Shown: in pieces, positions 37,154 to 50,800 of the stretch | Position numbering within the stretch: position 1 is the first letter of the stretch | Layout of the letters: the number at the start of each line of letters is the position of its first letter | Assembly (NCBI GenBank): GCA_951804945.1 | Contig: OX638164.1 | Location: 17,422,001 to 17,486,000, forward strand | Direction of reading: 5' to 3' | DNA: 64,000 nt | From: Podarcis cretensis | Lineage: Eukaryota | Notes under the pieces: model-generated | The model's database searches: none | The model's input: only the letters and a program-made list of their open reading frames with translations | What the model was told of the DNA's origin: nothing | Position numbers and translations under genes: made by a program

Positions 37154-37978
37154 TTCCTACGTGAATACAGTGTTCCCCGCTTGCAAAATCTGCCCCTTGC
37201 AAAGGAGGGCTGCATAGTTCACCCGAGGAGGGCTTGCTTCCATATATATTTTAAGAAGTGTAAGCTGCATGCCTGAGCCTACATGCTGAACCAGCTCTCA
37301 GCAATACGTATTGTAATGGAGGCTGGCAAGCCATCCCTCAAGACAGTGCAAACCAAGAGGGAAATCCAAGTCTTGCAAGGTAAACACAGGCAAGTACCTT
37401 TTATTGATGTTGCTCACAGGTTAGAGCATTCAATGAGCTTAAAAAAATAATCCTTTTCAGCCCTGCCTTACAGGACGCAAGTGAATCTGATTAGCTGCCC
37501 AACTGGCTGGAGGGCCAGGTGACATGTTCACTGGCTAGGAGGCAGCTTTGCTGCCAAACTCTTGTTCCTCCTCCTCAGGGGAACAAGGAGTAGTGTGGGA
37601 AGTCATTCCCTCTTTGCCCCCTCAGTTTCCTGGGTTGCGCCAGCAATCTTCTCTTCTCTCCAATCACCTGACATTTCCTGCACAATGCATCTAACTGGGC
37701 TGAGGGCACATGTCTCCCTGTCCAGCTTAGCCGTGCTCCCCAGAGTCCCAGGCACATCTCTGTGTATGAGGACTCCAGATTCTTCTTCACCCACTGCTTT
37801 GCTTCATGTGTACATAGAGGTCCAATGTTGAACATGCAAGGTTCCATCAAAATCAAGAGGACCAAAGCCCCCTCCACCACCATCGTTCAGCTTGGCAGGT
37901 CCTGGATGCTGAGTGTAAACAAGACATAAGACTATCCTGGCTAAGATACCTCATCTTCAATCAAATAAAAAAAGGTAC

Positions 37979-38086
37979 CTCAGCAGATTTGGTGCCCAGA
38001 CAATCGCTAAGTTCTTTGTGTGCATGTTGGTGATGGCACAGTAATCAGCGAGGTGAGCCAAATGCCTCATTAGGAACTCGAGAGTC
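37979..38086 (-). CDS. ARHGAP32: ARHGAP32 RhoGAP exon (TLEFLMRHLAHLADYCAITNMHTKNLAIVWAPNLLR)
   Basis: NM..NLAIVWAPNLLR RhoGAP motif; CACTAAC branch point at 38113-38107, ccag acceptor, gtacct donor; 108 nt, phase 2/2. Confidence 0.95.
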
Positions 38087-38143
38087 CTGGAAAATGAAGG
38101 AGAACTGTTAGTGGTGAAAGCAAGAATATCACACAAGTTAGTA

Positions 38144-38360
38144 CAGTGGTACCTCGGGTTACATACGCTTCAGGTTACAGACTGCGCTAACCCAGAAATA
38201 GTACCTCGGGTTAAGAACTTTGCTTCAGGATGAGAACAGAAATTGTGTTTTGGCAGAGCGGCGGCAGCAGGAAGCCCCATTAGCTAAAGTGGTTAAGAAC
38301 AGTTTCAGGTTAAGAACGGACCTCCGGAACGAATTAAGTACTTAACCTGAGGTACCACTG
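38144..38360. mobile_element. Tigger/pogo-like MITE, family A, orientation 1, intronic
   Basis: TA-CAGTGGTACCTC...GAGGTACCACTG-TA. Confidence 0.9.
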
Positions 38361-40281
38361 TATATTGTCCTACACTTTGCAAAACAGAAAAAAAGAATGG
38401 CATTGATATGGATTTGTTTAGCAGCAAACTGAAGTGCTATAAAAATGTGTCCTGAACAAGGCCCAATATTCTGAAAAGTGCATTGACCCACAAGCCTTAT
38501 TAGGCCTGCCAGAGGTCCCAGTATGGCTGGTGAGACCATTTCCCCAAAGCCATGCTCATCTGCTTCGCACCTCACTGCATTGTGGCAGAAAGGTTGTTAA
38601 TTTATCCTATCGACCAGGCTTCAGGGAAATTTTACTGAAGCGTCACCATTCTCTGGTGGCCACTAGAGGGAGCGTTTGCAATATTCATCCAGCTAAAGTG
38701 TTGAGAAAGGAATACTGACAACCTAGTTCTTCTTCTGTGCTTGGATCATAATTAACAGAAATGTTTAACTGGGAATTTGAAGGTCTATAGTCTGTTGAAG
38801 AATAATGTGGTAGAGGGTCCAGGGATACAACCACACACAGCCACAGGTGTCTTGATGATCCGACTTCAGAATAAAACGAGTACACCACATATACAGCACA
38901 TATACTGAAGGCTCAAACCTGGCCTGTCAAGTTAATTAAGTTAACGGAGGCCAAAACCTGGCCCTGCAAGGGGGGAACTTAGGCATGTTACTGATTATAG
39001 GTTTCCTATAAAATACAATGCTATGTGTAGTGGTGGTGGAGGGTAATTCTGTGCTATCTTGGTCTATGAGGTTATTAGGAGCAGAGCAAGGAGGCCAGCG
39101 CCTGTAATGAGCCACAGCAACAACTATCCTCAGTTCATTCTAAGGGGGTTTCAGCATGCCAAGAAAACCACAGACATCCTAGGGAAAACTTGAATCTTCT
39201 CCTGTTCGCATTAAGACGTGTACATTGTATAACAAAGGAGGAACCAGCTTCTCGTACGGAACACAGAAATGGCCTGGTGCCTTCTCCAAGTTACTGTATC
39301 TCCGCCGCCACCACCACAGATCCTGCATGCCCACAGATGCTAAAAGCAGCCAAGTGCTGTAAGCCTCGTCAGAGAAAGCCTTGAAAGGTTTTGCAGGCTT
39401 CCCAACCACTTTCCTGACTCATTTTTGCCAGCATTCCCTACTGCCCTTAATGTGGGTTGCACTGAAGCTCTACTGAGTGAGCTGTCCTCGTTCCCTGCTG
39501 GCAGCTGAGCACATCTGCTGTCCCAGCTATAGTCAGGCATATTTATGCTTACATTAGCATTTTATATAGTTCACCTTAACTGGCAATCAAATTTGCAGAA
39601 TTTTGCCTAAAAGGCAAGATTGGCATACCTACATTTCTTGCAATTTCTTTCCATTTCACACCCTGGATTTTCTTGTTTCTACAGGGCCTCCTTCCTGCCT
39701 CCATTAAAATACCTTGCAGATCTAATGACCTCGGCTTTCCTTAACAAAATGAGACAGTTCTGCTATTACGGCCCCCATTCTTCCCCCCCCCCCCCGCCAT
39801 CATGCTTTTCATAATGTCAGCTACAATTATGCAGAATATATGTTGTTTGTCTTGTTACAGATCTAATTAAAGTCGAAGTCAACTTTATGCAGATACAAAT
39901 CCTTCAGCATGCACCCAACCATTTAATTTGATAGATGCAAGAATAATGCTGCTTCAATATGCCAGCCATCTTAGGGGGTATAAATTGGAAAGCGAACAGA
40001 AAATGTCAACCTTCCTTTTAAGAATGATTATATAATTGCACATTGAATGTGCAAAGCACTTTAGAAAGGAAGACATCAGCTCAGGCCCCCACACATAATA
40101 CAATGTGAATTTAGATTAGCGTGAATAGTCTTGGTCTGTCTCTGTGTCCCGGGAGAGGCAGAGGTGTGTTGCCAAAACTGCGTGGAAAAGGGGGCATAGT
40201 CTTGCACAATCAAAGGCACCCAGCAGGATATGAGAACATAAAAAAAAGAATGTGCATTGAGAAAGAGCTGATGATGCGAAC

Positions 40282-40364
40282 CTGTAGTGAGGTGGGGGTA
40301 ACTGCTGGATGACATCATGGATTTTGACTAATCGTTCTTCATCTGTAGCAGCAGACACAGCATC
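40282..40364 (-). CDS. ARHGAP32: ARHGAP32 RhoGAP exon (DAVSAATDEERLVKIHDVIQQLPPPHYR)
   Basis: ORF 40116..40358; ctag acceptor and gttcgc donor; 83 nt, phase 0/2. Confidence 0.95.
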
Positions 40365-40579
40365 CTAGAAAGAAACAAAAGCAACAAACCTCAATGCCAC
40401 ACATTTGCCGCAGGGTGCCTCCTATCTGGGTGGCTTCAGAATGCTGTCCTGCTGGTATGGCAATTAGCATGGAAGTCACAGTTCAATGAGGCTGAGAATG
40501 AACGGACACTTTCAGTATCCATTGTAGCAAGCATGGCGTTGCAAGGCAGGTATTGATCCTACATTAGAATGCAACAATA

Positions 40580-40745
40580 TTATTTATTGCTTTAGAATTC
40601 CACCCTGACTGCTACTGGTTAGGGAAGCGTATGTGCAGTTGTTCCCTATTTTAACCCTCACAACAGTACTGCAACAGAGACTGATTAGCCCAAGGTCACC
40701 CACTGAGCTATATCATTTGGTAGGGGATTTGAACCCTGGTCTCCT
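40580..40745 (-). mobile_element. Degraded Squam3/MIR-like SINE
   Basis: ccctcacaaca...gcccaaggtcaccca.tgagct...ggggatttgaaccctggtctcc. Confidence 0.55.
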
Positions 40746-41096
40746 CAATCAAAGTTCATCTGGTGCACTGCACTGCTCTGACAACTGAGCATGCTTCCCT
40801 TTGAGGTTGGAAGAAATTTACCTATTTCGTTGGAAATTCTAGATATCCTTGAGGCTTTTCCCCCAGATCCTGTTTCCGGGGGCACATCAAGCGCAAAAGA
40901 TAAGGTCATGAGTTGCACCGGAAGAACTGTGAATGAATACTCATGTAACAATTATATACAGGAAGCGTGCCAGTTCTTTAGATGGGAGTTTAATTTAGCT
41001 ACTGTTAAACGCAATGAAAAGGGGAGATATTTTTGAAGTGTGACTCACACTAATGCTGCCCAGGCAGTAAAAATAGGAGTCCCGTCTTGCACTTAC

Positions 41097-41241
41097 TGAA
41101 AATTTCTCATAGAGCTGATAGGTGAGCAGAGGATTTGGGAGTTCTCGGAAATAGAGCTTACAGAGCGAGCCCACACAATGTATATCCTGAATGTATACAT
41201 CTTTTGTCAAGTCAGGGATTTGCTCAGAGTCAAACTCATGC
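41097..41241 (-). CDS. ARHGAP32: ARHGAP32 RhoGAP exon (HEFDSEQIPDLTKDVYIQDIHCVGSLCKLYFRELPNPLLTYQLYEKFS)
   Basis: KLYFRELPNPLLT RhoGAP motif in ORF 40995..41210; ccag acceptor and gtaagt donor; 145 nt, phase 2/0. Confidence 0.96.
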
Positions 41242-42201
41242 CTGGAGACAAAGGGAAATAAAGAGAGAGAAAAGAGGATAATATATACTCAAAAGATGAA
41301 AAGGACTTTGTTTACAGGAGGAAACAAATGCCTCAAACCTCAAGCCACAAAAATCTGTGGTCCTACAGGTTCACATTTTTGCTAGTTTTAATAGCTTCTT
41401 GGGAGTCATTTTAGTTGGCTATAAAACCACCAAGCGTGCTCAACAATCAAACTGCCTGTAATCTGGAACACTCCATGAAATTGATTTCATGATATATACT
41501 CAACGTTCATGCAGCCAAAATTCAAGCAATTCCAATTATTATATGCAACAGATTTCTGGCTAGGTAGAGCTCCCCATCTGTCAGAATGAAAACAGCATTT
41601 CCTTTCAGTCTGAAGACCTAGAAAGAAAAATTGTGAACACCCACGGTCCTGCAGATCCAAATCACTGTATGCAGATTCTGTGCAAGCCACAGAGCCAAGA
41701 ATCACATGAGGAAAATTCTTCTGCAATGGCCTGTCTTGATGAGAGAGCCATAAAAAAACAAAACAAAAGCCATCTACAGAGGGCCACAGATGGCAGTGCT
41801 TGCTCCATGCTGCATAACGTGTCTGGAAATTGCTGTTTCAAATTAGCTAGGTTTAGACACACAGGAGCTAATATGGTGAGTCAGACAACTGGGATCAGAG
41901 AAGAGGCAAATGCTGCTTCTGAAGCCTGCATCCACAAGAGCCATAAATAAACTGCAAATTACTTGTTATCCCACAGTCATTCTGTATTCTGAAATAATAG
42001 ATTGTGGCCTCAGAGCAACACAACTGGTTTCTGTCCCAGCCAATGATACTTTTGGATTCATGGAAAAATACACGATACGTCAAAAATTAAGTGTTTTAGG
42101 AGCAAACCAGAAATAAATTCTCAATGGCATTCAGCAGCAAACCCCAAAAGTGACGTTAGCATGTTTGAGACTTGAAATCACAACACACACAAAATTCATA
42201 C

Positions 42202-42304
42202 CGTAGTTTCTGGATATTCGATGCAATCCCAGATAGACGGTATATTCCATCCACAATGCCATGCTTTTCAATGAATTCAGTGCAACTCTTGAGAACCTGA
42301 GGGA
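42202..42304 (-). CDS. ARHGAP32: ARHGAP32 RhoGAP exon (VPQVLKSCTEFIEKHGIVDGIYRLSGIASNIQKLR) with catalytic arginine finger
   Basis: GIYRLSG motif, Arg codon CGT at 42239-42237; ttaag acceptor and gtatga donor; 103 nt, phase 1/2. Confidence 0.96.
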
Positions 42305-45035
42305 CTTAAAAGCAAAAAGCAACAGTGTTGGTTGACCATTAGATACTCTTAGCATCACGTTCCCAGATTCTTCCTGGATACACAGATAGAAAGAAGCCCT
42401 TCGAGAAACTACACAGGTAAGAGATTTCTTAAATATCTTTTAAGTACAGCTAGTTCAGCGGGTGCTTCTGTTTTCTGTTAAGGCCAGACTGAAACCCAAA
42501 TCACTGCAATGTGTGGCTTCAGATAATGAAATACATGTTGTTCCTGTTTGCACAAAGTCTAAAGCAGCTGTCACCAAGCCAGCCAGCTTCAGCTGTATGC
42601 TTTCTCATGCCTCCAGCACTGAAGGCAGCAGTAGGACAGGTTCAGCTAAGCTACCACAGAACCAACTGGGCTACCCCGCTCCCTCCAAATCCTGACGTTT
42701 TGTAACTTGGGGTAGTTGTGACTGGTGGACTGCTTGTGGCAGCAGTGCTGGCTAGATGCATGTGTTTAACTTGAATCGCAAGTCTTTGAGGTATCTGCCT
42801 TCCATTTGTTTGGGGTTCAATATGGTGGATTTAGTAATAGCCCTTTGGATTAGATTCAGGTTCTGAGATTCCCATTTGTTAGCAAATATTTTTTAAATGC
42901 TGCATATGTGTGCAGTACACATGACATTTGACATATTGACTCTATGGCTGGGTTCATTTGCTTGGTTATCTGTTCTACGTTCAGTGTTGGAAGTTTCTTG
43001 TGCCTGGGACACAATTGTGTCAGGAAGCCCAATATCCTGCACAGGTGATGTTGCTTGATGGCAGGACCTTGCAAGTACATGCAACAGATGTGCACCTTTA
43101 GAGAATTTTCTGCCACTCATGCCACCACAATGATGCCCACCACACCTGCCATGTTGTATCCTTTCAGTGCATTTGGGAGGCACAGTGTGAGGTCAGGAAC
43201 TCCACCTCACCCTTTGGAAGAGCGGCAGTTTCATGATGATCACAAAGTTCAGCCAAAATGTTTGTACCCTTGGCACCATCCCCAAGCTACCATGTTCTGT
43301 TTCCTGATCTGCCATTTTAAACTGGATTGATCCTTCAAATCACAATTTTTCAATGGCATTGACCAGATTGGGCCATAGGTTTTTGGTTCAAAGGCGGGGA
43401 GCTCTATTATAAAAGTCTACCCTACTGCTGACTAATAAACACTAACAGCAAATTCCACCTTAAATTTAGTTTAACTTTAACTTTATAGACTTGTATGTCT
43501 GCAACAGAATGGAAAAAACAAGGTAAATCACATCTACAAATTGCAAAACAGTATGTGCAGTTAATCTGTAACTGAAAAACTAGAACACAGATTAGGATCA
43601 ATTGCAAGACAGGTACTATTAGACACACATTAACATTCCATCCAATATACCAACCCTGCTGGCTATTCTGCACAATCGGTTTCCTGCTCTATATCCCTAT
43701 CCTCCATGTAGGATGAAATCAGATTCTCCAGTCAAAACATCAGCATCTTTTAAGCATGTGTTGTTTTGGTTAAAAAATTACCACTCCACAGACACTCAAC
43801 TCCCCCCCCCCCCCATGCCATTCCCAGGGAAGTTTGCTTATTATTAAGGGATTCATAGGAGTTGGGGCAACATCACGGAAAAAACTACCAAAGTTATTTT
43901 TAGTTTTACAGTATAAACCTTGCTTTTCATCATACTTCTAAACTATAACATCTCCTTTCTAATTTCTAAATCTAGTCCTTGTCTCTGACACTTTGAATTT
44001 AAGATCCTCATATCTTCAATTCCTGCTGGATTCACACTATAACCCAAGTAATAGACCATAGTAAGGTCTGACATAAAATAGAGATAGGATAGGATAGGAA
44101 ACAGTTTGGAGTTATAAGACTGACCAACATATTAGGAGATGAATTAAAGGACTGAACACAAATACAAAGAATAATCAACACTTTCCCTTTTCTGTTTAGC
44201 TCCTATAATTCTCCTTTAACAGGAGGCTGAGGCACTGTACAAAAAATGAAGCCACACATTGTACAAGTTTCCTCCTGGTCCCTGGCATTGCCAAGAACAC
44301 CTGCCTGCGCTGCCTAATTGAAGCACCTTGTCACAGAGAACGACCTCAGCAGGCGTCCAGGCCTCTTGCCCCCCAGGGTTTCCTAGCCTTATAAACAAAC
44401 AGCATGGTAGTGCTGTATTTGTCATAATTAAATTTCAGGAGCACCCTACTGTGACATTTAACATCAAGCCAAAGCAGAAAACAGAAAGGAGACAGGGTGA
44501 TGGGGTGCAGTCACTGCAATATGTTCAATTCACTGGCTCATTCCCCATGCAAGAATGGGAATTAACATTGAACTGACAATGGATACAACAGCCTCATTTG
44601 CCCTCCAGGTACCACTAGTTGACAGCTAATTCTTTAGTTTAATTGTCACAATGGATAAGAGGACCTTGTCAACATTCAGCTGTGCCAGAAATGGCCAACT
44701 CCAAAATTCTTCAAAACAGGTTTGTCCCAATCATGTTTTAACTGGGTTGTATTGGGCTCCCTAACAGAAATTAAGATACCCACAAATATGCTTGACTGAT
44801 GCTTATGACTAAGTAGGCTTTTGTTCATTTAAGTCTCCCTACTTTTCTTGTTTTCTGTTTGGGTTCTCTCTCCCCCCTGCCCATCTCTAAGAAGGATGAT
44901 CAGGCATGATCAGTTTAATTACTTGTGAGAATCCATAGACTCAAAGTCCAATCCTGGACTGACAAATGTAACTGCACATATTACAAACTTATATAACAGT
45001 GTATGTGTAAAGATGTTGCTCTTTAAACCCAAGTA

Positions 45036-45276
45036 CAGTGGTACCTTGGGTTACAAACTTAATTCGTTCCGGAGGTCCGTTCTTAACCCGAAACCGTTCT
45101 TAACCTGAGCCGCGCTTTCACTAATGGGGTCTCCCGCTGCTGCCACGCCGCCGGCACACGATTTCCGTTCTCATCCTGGGGCAAAGTTCGCAACCCAAGG
45201 TACTACTTCTGGATTAGCGGAGTTTGTAACCTGAAGTGTTTGTAACCCGAAGCGTTTGTAACCCAGGGTACCACTG
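45036..45276. mobile_element. Tigger/pogo-like MITE, family A, orientation 2, intronic
   Basis: TA-CAGTGGTACC.TGGGTTACAAAC...GTTTGTAACCCAGGGTACCACTG-TA. Confidence 0.9.
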
Positions 45277-45416
45277 TAATGCCCTTTGGCACTGATCTCT
45301 CCATCTAAGTTTGTCTGACCCAGTGAGCTCCCAAGTGAGGTATCTATCATACATCCTTTGCTTTGTACCGAAGGATGAGGCAATCTTTGCAAGAGGCTTC
45401 CTTGTTCAGTTAACTA

Positions 45417-45666
45417 CAACCGTACCTTGGAAGTCAAATGGAATCCATTCCAGAAATCCATTTGACTTCCAAAATGTTCAGAAACCATATTGTGGCTTCT
45501 GATTAGCTGAGAAAGCTCCTGCAGCCAATCAGAAGCTGTGGAAGTCCCGTCGGACGTTCGGGTTCCAAAAGAACGTTTGCAAACTGAAACAATCACTTCT
45601 GGGTTTGCAGTGTTTGGGAGCCAAAACGTCCAAGTTCCAGAGCGTTCGACAACCAAGATACGACTG
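45417..45666. mobile_element. Tigger/pogo-like MITE, second family
   Basis: TA-flanked; imperfect TIR CAACCGTACCTTGG / CCAAGATACGACTG. Confidence 0.7.
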
Positions 45667-47413
45667 TATAGGGAAGTATTTTTTGTCTACATGAAGCTTC
45701 CAAATGGGCCATGTGTCCAAACCAACAAAGTATGAGAATGAGGGTTGTATTCAATGAAGCGCTAAGAGATTGTTCCATAAGTGCAACAATTTCTGCTTCC
45801 TGGTTTTCTGGTCTCCCCTTTCCACCCCCTCTCCCACTTGCTGTTCTGGGGGTTCTGTCTACCCTCTGGTACAGAGTTGGGGAATGTGGGGGGGGGGGGA
45901 GTCCTATTGCAATAATGGAAAATATTGTTCTGGCTTCTTCTGGTGTAACAATTTAATTGAACGCTCCCCCCAAAATTCATGCTCTTGATTGCAATCATAC
46001 AATTGTGGAGTTGGAAGGGACCACGGGGTCATCTAGTCCAACCAAACTTTCCAAAAGACCCGATTTTAATCTATTTGCTTATTAATAGGGCTTATTTCTC
46101 TTCAGCACAACCCTTAAGGTAACTTTCAGAACTCAAAAACACAATACAATATCCTTGATTTTAAATGGCATGTAGAGAACATGGAAGCCTTCCAGCAGAT
46201 TAAGATGGCAAAGATGTAAGACAAAGGAAGGGCAAAAGCATGATCACTTTTAATCTGTTGTTTTGTGTTTCCTTTTACATTCCAATAAATGGGGGAGAGC
46301 TGCCAGATATCATGTCATGTCGTGATCTTATCCTGGTCTTATCATGATACCCAGGTAACAGAAAGTCTATATTAGATCACTATGCTGATAGCCTGATGCT
46401 GACAGAATGACATCTGTAGTCTTCTGACTGATTACAAAGCATAAGCATTTTTGTTACATACACAGAAATACATGGAAGCGCAATTAACAGAGCTCAAATC
46501 AAGCCAGAGGCCTGGATTACTATTTTCAGTTCTTCGGTTTCTAGGCAACATGCCATCAGTGTTTCCCAGATACATCCCTGTCTGCAGAAACCTTAATAAA
46601 ATTAAACATGGTGAGCCTGTGGGATGCTGAGTACCACAAACATCTCCTGCAGAGAGATAAAGCAATCCGTTTGTGTTTTCTTTCTGATGCCAAAATGACT
46701 GTTCCTATTTCTAGAAATAGAAGTGGAAATTAAGGAATAAAGAAGAATTAAGGAGACAACAGTCCTCTCCATTAAGCTGCAAGAGGAATGTAATGTCTAA
46801 GCATCAAAAATATCCCTGGAGGTTTCAGAGATTTTGCTTCATTTCACCACATTGTGGAACTTGAGTGTGAAATGGGCCCTGGGCCCTGGATGTAAATAGC
46901 GTCAAGTGTGGATAAGGACTGTGTGGCACCCTCCAAGCTCTGGCCAAAGGAGGAAACACCAGGAAGGCAATGAACAATCCTAAGTGGGCCATGTGGCTTG
47001 GCACTTTCCAATAAAACATTCATTTCAGTTGTTCCCTGGTCTGAAAAAGCTGAAATTGTGGTGACAGGTCACTTTTTACTTCACCCAACAGCTCCACTGC
47101 TTTGCAAGCACAAGTGAAAGGGATTGCCACAACCCAGCTACAGCTCCACTAGGTTTGGCCCAATGCACTGAGCTTGCAATGGAGATGAGAACAACCCAGT
47201 TAACCCACGGCCATGTCTACTTCCTGAAGGTCAACCCAAGGGGATAATAAGCTTCTATTAGATACTGCAATCACTGTTTGTGGGGCTTCCCTTGTGCTTG
47301 ATCCAGAAGCTGCAGTTAGTGCAGAATGCTGCAGCATCATTGTTGAAAGGAGTGAGGCCTTGTCAGCATATCACACCTGTGCTCAGAGAGCTGCATTGAC
47401 TACTACTGCTACA

Positions 47414-47873
47414 AGTTCAAGGTGTTACTTACTATTAGTTTATAAAGCCTTTAACAACTTAGAACCAGTTTACCTAAATGATCACCTTACCCTGCATGTG
47501 CCCACTTCACTGCTCTGATCAGTGGATCAGACACTACTACAGGTGCCACATAATACCCATTCCACATTTGTAAGAAATCCATTGTTTAATGTAGCAGCAA
47601 CTACACTTTGGAACTCCCTGCCTATTGATATCAAGCAGGAGCCTTCCCTGTATTCTTTTTGGCACTTGCTGGAAACATTCTTGTTTAGGCAAGCCTATCC
47701 AGATGCTTAGAAAGCTGGTGTGAATTTTATTCTGTTTTGGTATTTTATCTTTTTGTATGTTTTAAAGTATTTCTTGTATTTTTTCTTGTTTTATCTTTTT
47801 GTAAATGGCTTTGAGGTTTTTTTATTTTAGGTTTTTCACAATCAGTTCACAATTTTTATGAAATAAATAAATA
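47414..47873 (+). mobile_element. L2-type LINE 3' fragment (degenerate)
   Basis: Remnant LLVYKAFNNLEP.YL.D.L...F.VAA.TLWNSLP.DI....SL.SF..LL.TFLF.QA typical of L2 ORF2 end; (AAAT)n tail. Confidence 0.75.
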
Positions 47874-50800
47874 ATTTTAACTGCATAGCTGCTGCCTAGG
47901 AACATGTTCCAAATAGCAAACTAGCTGCTCACACTGAATATTTCAGTTTACTCAGATCAGATTCCCTCCTCTGCTTTTGAGACTGATATGCCTCTTGCAT
48001 TTTAAGAGTCCAGGGGTTCTCAGTCTATTGCTGGAATAAGAATTATTTGTTCAGCCTGGGAGACCAAGGCTGCCCACCAAGTTCTGCTGAAACAGTATCA
48101 TTTTCACAATGTCCAAGCCAGGGCCATTTGGCCAGTTAATGGACCATGCCATACTGAAATGCTGCCACTCAGCTGAATTCCATGCACTGGCATAAAGTTA
48201 AATCATCACTAGAAAACTGGAACAATCACTGTAAAGCAAAGTGTAGTAATACATTTTGAATCTAAGTCCATGTAAAAAAAGAAAAAGGCAGAATTGTGGA
48301 TAGCCAGAAACGCTGCTCTTGAGTAAAAGGACTTAAAATAGTCAACTTTATTTGGACTGTGCTCTGTACTTAACCTGTATTTTCACATAAAGCTGATGAA
48401 TATCACAGCCGCTTCTATTTTATCACTCAGGTATTGCATTTAAATATCATCCCATTCTTTCTATTAGTTCCCAGACTTAACCAGTTTAATTTCAGAAGCT
48501 TGATATTAAAAGTGCTTATGTGAATAAAACTGCCTATATCATCTTCAGGGAATGTTATGTTTAAATTCTACGCTGTTCCAAAATGTCACCTCCAGCTGGT
48601 GTTTCATGAACATCCTGCCATCCTAGTGTAGATGACACTATCTATGCTGTTGTCTTATAAGTATTGATTCGTATTCATTCGCTGTAATGAACTTCACAGT
48701 AAGCAGTAGTAAAAAGCATTCCCAAAGCAGTAGCATCTCAAGAAAACCCAATGCTATAATGAACATATACTTTAGGACAAAATTTAAGAATTTGGACATC
48801 ATAGCTCCTCGCTGTATTTTTTTTTTTAAAAAAAGTTTGGAATGCTGGATCCTGTATTCAGGCTCAGGAAAGAGCCAAAAAGAATTAAAACTCAAGGTAC
48901 AAGTAAATATACAACAACTAGAGCTGGACTGAAATCTGTCAGATTAATTTCATAGTAAATTAGGTAAGAATTTTGAAGGCAAGAAAAGCAGTTTTAGGGC
49001 AGTCGCCCTGCATAGTTATTAACACCATGAGAATGGTGGCTTCAGTTTACCAAAATCTAGGACACTTAAAAATGGGCACATTACCATTCAAGTGATTTCA
49101 AATGGTTTTAGATCATCTTTAACCTGCTCTAGACCTTACTCCATGCTGCTGCTTCAGTTTCTACCAGAACAAAATCTAAGAGGTTTATTGCTTAATAGAG
49201 ATTGGCCCACCCCTTTTAGAATTAAAATGCACACTGTTTTAAAAGAAGAACGGTCTAGGTAACTGTAACAATCGCTGGCAAGAGCAACATTATGGATTCC
49301 ATGCCATTATATCTTGTAAGAGAAAAGACTGAAATGAGTTTGTAAAATCCAAAATGACTCAGTGAATTACCACTATGCCATGTATGTTTAAGGCTTCTAA
49401 ATTGTAACAGAAATAATATTAGTATAAGTAAAATCCATTCAAAGACTGGAATGCTTTGTAAATTCAGACTGTATATCTTTTGAAGACAAGCCTTTAACAT
49501 TGCTTAAATCTTCCTAATACATTGCTTAAATTTACCTTATCACAACTGCATGCATATGGGCTTTGAACCACATAATGCCTTCCTTTCACAGAATAAAGAA
49601 TTACCCAATTAATAGTTTTCTTTTGGGTCATTAACAACACACTTTTCCATATGCTGTGAAGCTGATTTTGCAGTTGTTTTACATAAATAGGGGGAAAGGG
49701 GCATAAGCAGGTAAATGTTTAAAGTAAATTAAAGAACAAGAGTCTCCTGTCAAGCCTTTTGTCCTCTGTGCTTACTAAAAACATATATCAACAATTCCTA
49801 TTAATTTCAGAATAGAAAAGAAAGCATCACATCTAATTCCCAATGGGAGCCAATGAACATGCACAGAGATGATGCAATACAGAATTATTATCGCAACACA
49901 AAGCAGTAAACAATGAAGCTGCTTTCCATTTGTAGGTGATGCTTAAAGATTCTCACCAGTTTCTTTTGGGCAAAGCGCTGTTTAACTAGGCCAATGGAGG
50001 CAGTAATTCTGAGGTGAGCTGCTGCCAACACCAGCTACCAACAAGGGGAAAGTAAAGAGACCCCAACCTAGTCAGGGGCTACAATATGCTAACAGAGGTT
50101 GCACACTATAAAACCACCAAGCATGGCAGGTGGCAGCAAAGCAGAACAAATTGGTAACCCCAGCTGAATGACGAACCACTACTCCTCAAGGAGTCTTGGT
50201 TTGTTTCCAAGTGTTTATTCAGCACAGGGTAGGGAAATGATGTTCAAAGCTAAAGAAACCAAAATACTGCAACTATTTCAAATAAATATTGATCAATATG
50301 ATTCAAGGAAACAACTAATGCCCAGCTTAATCACAAAGTTGTTAGGATGGAAAGCAAAGCTGGTATTTAATAACCCAAGTCTACTGAAGTTCTTGTTCTC
50401 CCTACATAATTTCCAGCCTGAGACAAAATTACATAAAGACTGTGCCACAGGTATTTCATGGCATCCTTGTAGATTCCACCCACATTTGATATGTTACAGC
50501 CTAAGTTTCCCAGCCAGTGGCATGTCGTGCTATACTGCAATGATCCTGCGCTTATGTGAAGACGCTGCACTTTTGACACGACCATTCCCAGAGCGGCCTG
50601 CCTCCCCAAACAGCCACATCCAAACATGTTGCCTCAGTTACTTTAAGCTGTTTGCTCTGTGATGGTGATGTTTTAGGCAATCTGGACAGCATTTGAATCC
50701 AATCCGTTGACTGCCTATCTTGATCTAGGTGGCACTTTTAACTCCACAATTATTTGTTACAATGCTACGTGCAGAGTGGGTAGAAAGGAAAAGTGGAGCT

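Noticed and set aside
39179-39570. TATATAAA on minus followed by a GC-richer segment
   Set aside because: No strong, phase-compatible donor linking it to the next exon
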